DNA from: Granulicella sp.
Lineage (GTDB): Bacteria > Acidobacteriota > Terriglobia > Terriglobales > Acidobacteriaceae
DNA: 64,000 nucleotides
Direction of reading: 5' to 3'
NCBI GenBank assembly: GCA_027339965.1
Contig: DAHWNL010000053.1
Span: forward strand, 1-64,000
Position numbers and translations under genes: made by a program. The notes beneath the pieces were generated by a model. The model had not been told where the DNA came from. It ran no database searches and was given only the letters and a program-made list of their open reading frames with translations. Positions 20,212 through 28,513 of this stretch are shown here, in pieces (the stretch's first letter is position 1; every line of letters begins with the position of its first letter).

Positions 20212-21360
20212 TCAGGCGGTCAATGTGGATGAGACGGAGATAAACTTCCCCGCGGGGCTCTCGACTTTGCCGGGCTGTGTCTTGGCGGGGGATCTCGGTA
20301 TCGGCCAGCATACGCAGATCAGCGTGCCGTAACCAGGACGGACACGGATGGAGAGTTGACCGCCGCTCTCGGCCACCAGTTGATGAACAATGCGATGACC
20401 AAGGCCGTGCCTGGCTCCGTACGGCAGCGGGGTGGGGCGAAGATAAGCGGCGATCATCTCCTCGCGCATTCCGGGGCCGGTGTCCTCCAGCTTCAACCGG
20501 GCGTGGCTGGCATCCGCTTCCAGGCGAATGTGAATCTGGCCAAGCCGCCGGGATGCGGTTGTGGAGGACGCCGCGCTCTGGCGGCGAATGGCTTCGCAAG
20601 CGTTGCGGAGCAGGTTGACCGTGATGCGCTCCAGAACCTCGGTGGAGAGATCCAACGCAGGAAGCGATTCGGAGCAGGTTACAGTCACCTTGGCCACGCC
20701 GGCCGCAAGATGTTCCAGGATCGGGGCAAGCTGGAACAGCACGAGCGCGTGGCTGGTGGCGGCGGAAGCCGGCTTTTTGAGCCGGGCGCCAGAAAAATCA
20801 GCCCTCGCCGTGGGCAGAGACCGTCCGTCTGGCCGCTCCGGCTCCGCTGCTTTACCGTTGAGCGGAGTCTGGAAGTTGACCAGCAGGCGCTGAATGAGCG
20901 TGGAGGCGCGGTCGGCAATGAGCCGGAGTTCGGTCGCGTAGTGCTCATGGCGTGGACCAAGCACCCCGGGAGCGCTGAGCAGGTCCGTGTAGAGCCTCAG
21001 AGCGGCCACCAGATTGCCGGCATCGTGAGCCAGCCCTGTCGTCTCCGCAAGGCCGGACGGCGCTGGATCCGCTGCGCAGGAGGAATGGGTTGAGAGATTT
21101 TCCTGCAACGGCTGGGATGGAACCCGTGCGGCTGGAATGCTCAGTGGACGAGCCTGCATGGTAGTCTCCAAAATGTCTGCCTGAACTAGGTTGGCAACTC
21201 TCTCCATCCGTTCCAAAACGGATCTTCTAGTTGCCGAAAAGCTGCCTTCCTTCGCCGTTATCGGCAAATTCATGTGCAAGATGAGGAATCTCTCCACAGA
21301 TTCCCAACTCGGGACACTGCATACGCTCAAGTTCGCCCACACTCCCAGTGGGGTATGCAA
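20212..21360 (-). CDS. Cytoplasmic histidine kinase
   Basis: H-box LAHDAGN, N-box NLLRNA, G1 EDTGPGM, G2 GLG; no TM segments. Start uncertain. Confidence 0.8.
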   Translation of the reverse strand: MHTPLGVWANLSVCSVPSWESVERFLILHMNLPITAKEGSFSATRRSVLERMERVANLVQADILETTMQARPLSIPAARVPSQPLQENLSTHSSCAADPAPSGLAETTGLAHDAGNLVAALRLYTDLLSAPGVLGPRHEHYATELRLIADRASTLIQRLLVNFQTPLNGKAAEPERPDGRSLPTARADFSGARLKKPASAATSHALVLFQLAPILEHLAAGVAKVTVTCSESLPALDLSTEVLERITVNLLRNACEAIRRQSAASSTTASRRLGQIHIRLEADASHARLKLEDTGPGMREEMIAAYLRPTPLPYGARHGLGHRIVHQLVAESGGQLSIRVRPGYGTLICVCWPIPRSPAKTQPGKVESPAGKFISVSSTLTA

Positions 21361-21479
21361 CGGGCTACCTTGAACTGGAGAACTCCACTCTCCTCCACGA
21401 TAGATATTAGACCCTTGCCATGCTCTTCAGTCGCGGCAACCTTCGCCGCTCTCGATTTCTCATCTCTATAATGATTGTT

Positions 21480-22238
21480 ATGAGCAAGATCGACGAGGTT
21501 GAGCTGTACCGCAGCGGTGGACGTAGGGCGTATCAGGCGCGGGAGGTAAAGCTGACGCCGGGCTTTGTGGCGACGGCCGAGGGGTCGGTCTTGATCGAAG
21601 TGGGATATACGAGAGTTCTTTGCAACGCGACGGTCGAGAGCGGAGTGCCGGGGTGGATGCGAAACTCGGGACGAGGATGGGTGACCGCGGAGTACGGGAT
21701 GCTTCCACGGGCAACCCTGACCCGTTCGCCGCGGGAGGCGGAGAGGGGCAAGATCGGTGGACGCACCCACGAGATTCAGCGTCTGATTGGGCGCAGTCTG
21801 CGCAGCGTAGTGGATATGAAGCTGCTCGGCGAGCGGACGATCATTCTGGACTGCGACGTGCTGCAGGCCGACGGGGGTACGCGCACGGCCGCGATTACCG
21901 GAGCCTGCACAGCGCTGGCGCTGGCGCTGAGCAAGCTGGTGGAGGCCGGCGCGCTAAAACAGTCGCCGCTACGGGAGATGGTGGCCGCGACCAGCGTGGG
22001 CATTGTGGATGGGCGGGTGCTCCTGGACCTGGCCTATGAAGAGGACTCGCGCGCGGAGGTGGATATGAACGTCGTCATGACCTCCGGCGGCGGCCTGGTG
22101 GAGACCCAGGCGACGGCGGAGAAGGGAACCTACTCGCGGGCCGAGCTCAACCAGATGCTGGACGTTGCCGAGGCCGGGATTCGCGATCTGCTGGCCGCGC
22201 AGACAGCGGTGCTGGTGTCCGCGCAGCGGGTCAACTGA
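21480..22238 (+). CDS. rph: Ribonuclease PH
   Basis: [60 protein letters not shown]. Confidence 0.98.
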   Translation: MSKIDEVELYRSGGRRAYQAREVKLTPGFVATAEGSVLIEVGYTRVLCNATVESGVPGWMRNSGRGWVTAEYGMLPRATLTRSPREAERGKIGGRTHEIQRLIGRSLRSVVDMKLLGERTIILDCDVLQADGGTRTAAITGACTALALALSKLVEAGALKQSPLREMVAATSVGIVDGRVLLDLAYEEDSRAEVDMNVVMTSGGGLVETQATAEKGTYSRAELNQMLDVAEAGIRDLLAAQTAVLVSAQRVN

Positions 22239-22390
22239 GAGCGCGCGGGCGGCGAAGGCAGAGTTGGTTCGCTGCTCGCTTCGAGACTGTTTGCAAGCCG
22301 CGCCACAGGGCCAAGCGGGCTGAGGCGCCCTGTCTGGCATGGGTCCGCGGTGGAGCGGAGGCTCGCTATACTTGTGCAGGGGAGGTTGCC

Positions 22391-22672
22391 GTGGCGAATC
22401 CAGCGATCTGTCATCACTTTGAACATCTCAAGCCGGTGCAGAGCGCGCGCGCCGGCCACGCCCGGGGTTGCCAGGAGTGCCGCAGCGCGGGCGAGCCATG
22501 AGTACATCTCCGGGAGTGCCTGATCTGCGGATATGTAGGTTGTTGCGACGAATCGAAGAACCACCATGCAAAGCGGCATTTTTCCGCCACGCAGCACGCC
22601 GTCATGCGTTCCATAGAGCCGGGTGAAGCGTGGGGGTGGTGTTACGTTGATAAGGTAAAGGTGGAGTTTTAG
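22391..22672 (+). pseudogene. UBP-type zinc-finger protein with in-frame TGA at 22499-22501 (absent from the ORF track)
   Basis: GGAGG SD plus GTG; MANPAICHH...GCQEC..AGEP*VHLRECLICGYVGCCDESKNHHAKRHF..TQH.VMRSIEPGEAWGWCYVD. Confidence 0.85.
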
Positions 22673-22744
22673 CTCACCGCCGGCCGCAAGCGGTGTCAGG
22701 CGATTTGTTGTCATCCCAGTGCGGATCTTGAAGGAGGTAGTGCG

Positions 22745-22969
22745 ATGTCAGAGGGCGTAGTACACATCACGGTTCTGCCCAGTGGTCCCTTGCGGGTGCA
22801 AGGGCATATCTTGCTCACCGATGCCGACGGACGGGAGTGGGACCTGCGCGGCAAGCCGGCCATCAGCCTGTGCCGCTGCGGCATGAGCGAGAAGCGTCCG
22901 TTCTGCGATGGAGCCCACGGGCGCAACGGCTGGAAGTGCGAGGCGGCCCCGCCGGGCAATCTCACCTAG
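22745..22969 (+). CDS. CDGSH iron-sulfur domain protein
   Basis: GPLRVQG...LCRCGMSEKRPFCDGAH; AGGAGG SD. Confidence 0.92.
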   Translation: MSEGVVHITVLPSGPLRVQGHILLTDADGREWDLRGKPAISLCRCGMSEKRPFCDGAHGRNGWKCEAAPPGNLT

Positions 22970-23517
22970 CGCGCCGGCGGGTACTTGGACAGCTTTCTCT
23001 GCAAAGAACGGCGATGAATCCCGAGCTTGCGTGCAGCCTCCGAGATGTTCCCTCCGCTATCGGCGATCACGCGTTGCAGGTGCTCCCACTCCACACGGGC
23101 GAGGCTGGGAGCTTCAACCGGAGCTTTGGGTAGGGGAAAGTCCGGTGTCCGCAGTCTTTCATAGGTTGCCAGGATCTGGTCGGCATCGGCAGGTTTGCTC
23201 AGGTAGTAGTCGGCGCCGCGCCGCAGGGCGGTGATCGTGGTCGGAATGCTGCCGTAGCCGGTAAGGACCAGTATGGTCATCGAGGCATCGGTGGCGCGAA
23301 GACGCTCGACCAGATCCAGTCCGTCCATCCCTGGCATCCGCAGGTCCACCACAGCCAGATGCGGATGGATCTGCGCGGCCATGGCCAGCGCCGCTTCTCC
23401 GCTGCCGGCCGGATGGGCGTCCCAGGCGCGTTGCTTCAGCGCGCGGCACAAACGGGTGCGAAAGACCTCATCATCATCGACAATCAGAACTCGGGGAAGA
23501 GTTGCTGTATCAGGCAT
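22966..23517 (-). CDS. regA: RegA/PrrA-like response regulator
   Basis: REC domain plus SLARVEWEHLQRV...NISEAARKLGIHRRSLQRKL. Confidence 0.88.
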   Translation of the reverse strand: MPDTATLPRVLIVDDDEVFRTRLCRALKQRAWDAHPAGSGEAALAMAAQIHPHLAVVDLRMPGMDGLDLVERLRATDASMTILVLTGYGSIPTTITALRRGADYYLSKPADADQILATYERLRTPDFPLPKAPVEAPSLARVEWEHLQRVIADSGGNISEAARKLGIHRRSLQRKLSKYPPAR

Positions 23518-24871
23518 CAAGGGCAGCCTCCCGTTGGGCAATCCTTGCCGGCAGCGTGAGCGTGGCGGTGGTTCCGCGGCCCGGAGAAGAGTCGAAGCAG
23601 AGATCGCCGCCCAGGCGCTCGGCGAAAGAGCGAGCTAGAAAAGTTCCCAAGCCCATGCCTCGGCCGGGCTCCTTGGTGGTGAAAAAGGGTTCCGTGACCC
23701 GGCGCAGGACATCCTCCGGCATGCCGGTTCCGTTATCACAGACGGAGAGCGCGATGGTGGAGCCGCTGGAACAGGCTTTGAGGACGACCTCAACATCCTG
23801 CGGGCCGGAGTCGAGCGCATTGCTGACCAGAGCGGTCAGCGACTGGACCGTAGCCCGCACCGGGAGGAACAGCGCGGCGGAGACGGGAATGGCCTCCACC
23901 CGGATCTGCGAGCGCCGCGCGGCAGAGATCTCTTGTAGCGTCTGCTGCAGGAGATCACTGACTTCGATGGTTCGAGGCGACTCGCCGACGGGCTCTGCTC
24001 CGTCCGCGCTCATCCTTTGCAGGATGCGCTGACAGCGCTCAACCTGGGAGCGGATCAGATTCGCGTCTTCGCGCAACGCCTCGCCGGCCTGCAATGTGGA
24101 GGAGTAACGCTCCAGCTCGCGAGCGACCACCGCGATGGTTCCCAGCGGCGTGCCCAGTTCATGGGCGGCGCCCGCTGCCAGCGTCGCCAGCGAAGTCAAC
24201 CGCTGGTGCTTCGCAAGCCGCTCCTGCAACGCCCGTACCTCCTGTTCGCGGAGGCGAAGAGCATGGGTCACGCGGCTGGTAAAGAAGCTGATCAGGAAAA
24301 CCGCAATGACAAAGGCGAACCACATGCCCACTAGATGAGGAAGAAGTTCCTGTTCGGCAGAAGAGACATGCAGCCCGCGAAAAGGGAGCCGCAGAAAGAA
24401 GAGCAGTCCAAAGCAGAGGACCGAGAGGCCGCACAGCGCCCACGTCCAGCTCCTCTCCAGCACGACCGCGGCCAGCGTGATTTGAACCAGGTAGAGCAGG
24501 CTGAAGGGGTTCATCGGTCCGCCCGTCAGGGCGAGCACGAAGGTGAGGCAGAGAGTGTCCAGGGTGAAGATGGCTCCAAGCATCGCCCGGGGCGAACGCA
24601 CCGGGCTGCGCGAGGCGCGCTGGAGGGAGCAGTTGGTCATCAGAACGCAGACCAGCGGCAGCAACACCCACAGCGAGACGCTCCCGAGTCCCAGGCCCCA
24701 GGCCGCTCCGCCCAGCGTGGCGGCTGCCCAGGCAAGCATTCCATACCGCAGGCGAACCACCCAGGGCAAAGCCAGATTGGGAGCGTCGTCCTTGGCCAGG
24801 GCGGGATGGCCGCCGGCAACCTGCTGCGCCGAGGGATCTTCCGATGCAACCGCTGCCGCTGCCTCGTTCAT
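23510..24871 (-). CDS. regB: RegB/PrrB-like redox sensor kinase
   Basis: Multiple TMs with GGPMNPF (GGxxNPF), H-box AAHELGTPL, ERC cysteine, EPFFTTK..G.GMGLG. Confidence 0.88.
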   Translation of the reverse strand: MNEAAAAVASEDPSAQQVAGGHPALAKDDAPNLALPWVVRLRYGMLAWAAATLGGAAWGLGLGSVSLWVLLPLVCVLMTNCSLQRASRSPVRSPRAMLGAIFTLDTLCLTFVLALTGGPMNPFSLLYLVQITLAAVVLERSWTWALCGLSVLCFGLLFFLRLPFRGLHVSSAEQELLPHLVGMWFAFVIAVFLISFFTSRVTHALRLREQEVRALQERLAKHQRLTSLATLAAGAAHELGTPLGTIAVVARELERYSSTLQAGEALREDANLIRSQVERCQRILQRMSADGAEPVGESPRTIEVSDLLQQTLQEISAARRSQIRVEAIPVSAALFLPVRATVQSLTALVSNALDSGPQDVEVVLKACSSGSTIALSVCDNGTGMPEDVLRRVTEPFFTTKEPGRGMGLGTFLARSFAERLGGDLCFDSSPGRGTTATLTLPARIAQREAALDA

Positions 24872-25081
24872 GCTGCCTCTCATCATAAGACTCGGGCTGG
24901 CGGTCGACCCGGGTGCGACAATGTGCCGCAGCCCAGGTCGGCGTTGCAGGGCTCCCCTGCGGGATATGATGAGCGGTGCGCAGCCACTGATTCGAGCTCG
25001 GATGGCGGTCCCGATTGTGTTCCTGAGCCTCTGCACCGTTGCGCGAAGAAAGAGGCTCGCGAAGAAAGAGGTTTTTGATCC

Positions 25082-27394
25082 GTGCGAGGCTATGCATTCC
25101 TTGTGGCCTGTGTGCTGCTCACCGCGTCCCTGCCCGCATTCGCCACCATCTTCGGATCGGTGCGCGGCGTGGTCCACGATCCCCAGCACCGCCCGATTCG
25201 CGGGGCGCGCGTGACGCTGAACGCGAAAGACTCCAGCTTCACGCAATCGCAGGACTCTAACAGGAATGGCGAGTTTCTCTTTACTTCCGTGCCGATTGGG
25301 AATTATACGGTCACGGCATCGTACAAGGGTTTTCAGAAGGCGAGCGAGGACGTGATCGTCGAGTCCGATACGCGTCCGGCGCTGCATCTTCAACTGGCTA
25401 TGGAAGGCGCCAAGGAGCTTGTCACGGTTTACGAGACTCCGGGGCAGGTGACGACGGACAGCGCCACTCCGACCACCCTGCTGAGCCGGAGAACGATTCA
25501 GCAGACTCCGGGCGCCAACCTCACCAACGACATGGAGATGATCACCGACTACGTTCCCGCTACCTATGTCACCCACGACATGCTGCATATGCTGGGCGGC
25601 CATCAGTTTGAATGGCTGATCGACGGCGTCCCCATTCCCAACACCAACATTGCCACCAATCTCGGACCCCAGATCTACCCACGGGACATCGATTACCTGG
25701 AGGCGTTCAGCGGCAGCTTCGACGCTGACTATGGAGACCGTACCTATGGGATGTTCAACGTGGAGCCGCGCACCGGCTTTGAGTACAACCGCGACTGCGA
25801 TCTGGACATTACGGCGGGGAACTTCTATCAGACGGACAATCAACTGAGCTGCGGATCTCACAGCGAAACGTCAGCCTACTATATCAGCCTGAACGGCAAT
25901 CGTAGCGCCTATGGGCTCCAGACCCCGATCGCGCAGGACGTGAATGACGCGGCCAATGGCTTTGGAGGCTTTGCCACATTCATCTTCAACGCCGACGCCC
26001 GGAACCAGTTTCGGCTCATCGCCTCGCTGATGCGGGACTATTATCAGATCCCGATTGATCCCAATCCCAACTCCTCCGGCAACCGGATTCTGGAATCCTC
26101 AGGGGAGTCTCCGAGCTATGGTCTGCACGACGCTGAAGTCGAGCCGGATGGTTACGCGCTTCTCTCCTGGGTTCATACCTTCGGTCCCAAGACCATCCTC
26201 ACCATCTCCCCGTTCTATCACTACAACGGCGCAGATTATCACGGCGGCGCGCACGATACTCCGGTGCGCTCCACCATTCAGCAGAACGCCGACTATGCGG
26301 GGGCGCAGACGGACTTCACGCGAACCTTCTGGAAAAACCAGCTTCAGGCCGGCTTCTACGGTTTTTATCAGCAGCAATACAACTACTTCGATAACGTGTT
26401 CGCGCGCCCCACGGCCGGCACGCCCAACGTTCCCGCCTCTTCCATCAAAGTGAATGGAGGGTTGGTCGAGGAATGGGTGAACGATACCTTCAAAGTGACA
26501 CCGTGGTTCACGTTGATTCTTGGGCTGCGTTCGTCGCAGTTCGATTCGACCATCCAGGAGCAAGCCAATGATCCACGGTTCGGAGCGGCCCTGCAGGTCC
26601 CGCATCTGAAGTGGGTGTTCAGCGGATTCTATGGCTACTACTACCAGGCGCCGCCGCTGTCCACTGCGACGGGGGCTCTGCTGGGGCTCGCGACCAGCCA
26701 GGACTTCGGCTTTGCGCCGTTGCATGGCGAGCGGGATATTCAATGGCAGTACGGCGTCACGATTCCTTACCGCAACTGGACGCTGTGGATCAATAACTAT
26801 GAGACCAGAGCAGAAAACTGGCTGGACCACAACAACGTTGGGGAATCCAACGTCTTCTGGCCCATTACCTGGTCTTACGCCCTGATTCAGGGCTGGCAGC
26901 TCACCCTGCGCTCTCCGAATGTGCTGCATCACGGGCAGTTCCACCTGGCCTATGCCAACCAGATCGCGCGCTCCACCTCGCCGATCACCGGCGGACTGAT
27001 CTGCCCACCTGCCGATGGGACGGCTTGTCCGCTGGACATCCCGCCCGGGCTCTTCCCTGTTGACCACGACCAGAGGAACACTTTGAACTTCGGCTTTAAC
27101 GGCATCCTGCCCTGGAATGCTTACGCATCCACGAACATTTACTATGGCTCGGGTTTCACCAATGGTTTGTATGGAGCGCCCGATGCGCAGTATCCGGGTC
27201 CGTATTTACCCAGTCACACCACGTTCGATCTCTCCGCCGGCAAGCGTTTTGCGGGAAGGTACACCATCTCCGCGACCATGCTGAACGTGACCGATCTACG
27301 CGTCCAGTTGGATAACAGCTTGACCTTTGGGGGATTTCACTGGAACCAGCCGCGCCAGATCTATGGCGAGGTTCGTTATCGGTTCACGTTTTAG
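25082..27394 (+). CDS. TonB-dependent receptor with N-terminal carboxypeptidase-regulatory-like domain
   Basis: Signal peptide, GSVRGVVHDP...GARVTL, plug-like LIDGVPI, beta-strand-rich body ending YRFTF. Confidence 0.9.
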   Translation: MRGYAFLVACVLLTASLPAFATIFGSVRGVVHDPQHRPIRGARVTLNAKDSSFTQSQDSNRNGEFLFTSVPIGNYTVTASYKGFQKASEDVIVESDTRPALHLQLAMEGAKELVTVYETPGQVTTDSATPTTLLSRRTIQQTPGANLTNDMEMITDYVPATYVTHDMLHMLGGHQFEWLIDGVPIPNTNIATNLGPQIYPRDIDYLEAFSGSFDADYGDRTYGMFNVEPRTGFEYNRDCDLDITAGNFYQTDNQLSCGSHSETSAYYISLNGNRSAYGLQTPIAQDVNDAANGFGGFATFIFNADARNQFRLIASLMRDYYQIPIDPNPNSSGNRILESSGESPSYGLHDAEVEPDGYALLSWVHTFGPKTILTISPFYHYNGADYHGGAHDTPVRSTIQQNADYAGAQTDFTRTFWKNQLQAGFYGFYQQQYNYFDNVFARPTAGTPNVPASSIKVNGGLVEEWVNDTFKVTPWFTLILGLRSSQFDSTIQEQANDPRFGAALQVPHLKWVFSGFYGYYYQAPPLSTATGALLGLATSQDFGFAPLHGERDIQWQYGVTIPYRNWTLWINNYETRAENWLDHNNVGESNVFWPITWSYALIQGWQLTLRSPNVLHHGQFHLAYANQIARSTSPITGGLICPPADGTACPLDIPPGLFPVDHDQRNTLNFGFNGILPWNAYASTNIYYGSGFTNGLYGAPDAQYPGPYLPSHTTFDLSAGKRFAGRYTISATMLNVTDLRVQLDNSLTFGGFHWNQPRQIYGEVRYRFTF

Positions 27395-27952
27395 TGGATC
27401 ACCCACCCTGCGCGGGGTGGGGCGCAGCGGTACATCCCGCAAGCTGCGGAGAGCGCGCCACGCGGGCTCCAGATGCCCCCATCTCCCAAGAGACGGCTCC
27501 AACAGATCATTCCGTGGCCTGCCCGCGCAGCGCGGCGGCGAACGTCTGCCTCGGTGAGAGGCCAGGGCTGAGATCGTCGCCGGGCGCTGGGCTTCAGCGA
27601 CAAAGACAATTCCCTCCTCCGTCACGGATAGATTCAGTTCCTAGAGTTGGTGGATTTGGGTATCAAGCTTTCGATGGAATCCGACGATATAAGAGATGGT
27701 CCGGGGAAAGAGGCCGAAACAAGATCAACTTCAGCGGGAGCCGCAATGGCAGCCAAGGTGGCGACCACGGTGTCTGCCGGGGACCGGCGAGTTCGATTTT
27801 TGCCCCTCTGGGATGCTTTCCGAAGCCCCAAGGACAATTCCAACCTCTACGGCAGCAGGGGAGATGCACCGGGCAGTTGTTGCGTTCGGCTGCGTAGGGG
27901 CGGAGGAGCGGAAGTGAGGGAACGCGGCAGCGTCTCTCCGCGGGAGAATGCG

Positions 27953-28414
27953 ATGGAGAAGCAAGATGACAATCGGATGGGAGGAGGCCAGCCGGAAGAG
28001 CGGCCGGCAAAGGATGTGGCCCGGCTTTACGCATGGGTGAACGCTGACCATGGAGCCTATCAGGACTTTTCTCGCCTCCGGCAACGGCGCTTCAAAAACG
28101 GGCCGGCGGCGGCTCAGGTGCGGGCGAGCGTTCAGGGCAAGTTCTTCCCCGGCGCGTTCTCGTCTGAGAGTTGTCCGCCTGTCTCGGCGTCTCGGGGCTC
28201 TGAGGTCTCGCGAGCCGTCCTTGATCTTTCTGCCGAGCGCAAGCGAGGGCCAATCTCGCCTGCGGAGACCGGCTCTGCGGCTACAGGGACGAGCGCCAAT
28301 CTCAGCGATCCTCCAACGCAGCCGAGTTCGGGCGTCTCGGGGCTCGATGGCCCCGGAGCGCGCCGGCACATCCCTTGTTATAACCCGTCGCCCGATGAGA
28401 CCCGATGCCAGTGA
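27953..28414 (+). pseudogene. Probable remnant of the bcsR/bcsQ-type leader gene of the cellulose operon
   Basis: DVARLYAWVNADHGAYQDFS resembles the BcsR/BcsP-like N-terminal motif; no MinD/ParA ATPase domain follows. Confidence 0.45.
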
Positions 28415-28513
28415 CAATAAGGCGCTCCTCCGGCCTGAAGGGGGCGGCTAAAGCCTCGCTCTCCACCAAGCCTTGACTCATTGCAAATACCACGGCGATT
28501 GCAGGCAGACCGA

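Noticed and set aside
5834..22501. Stop-codon reassignment explaining the three in-frame stops (TAA 5834, TAA 14417, TGA 22499)
   Set aside because: TAA and TGA terminate intact genes in this window (adh ends in TAA; rph and nusA end in TGA), and Trp is encoded by TGG elsewhere.
22499..22501. Selenocysteine at the zf-UBP TGA
   Set aside because: The position corresponds to conserved Trp, not Cys, and no convincing SECIS hairpin follows.
24921..24970. RAPP-like ribosome-arrest leader (RAPL) upstream of the TonB receptor
   Set aside because: The motif is RAPL with no nearby stop and no plausible leader ORF.
24872..25861. 783-aa version of the sensor kinase
   Set aside because: The N-terminal 330 codons are antisense to the TonB receptor and the intergenic region; RegB similarity starts near 24871.
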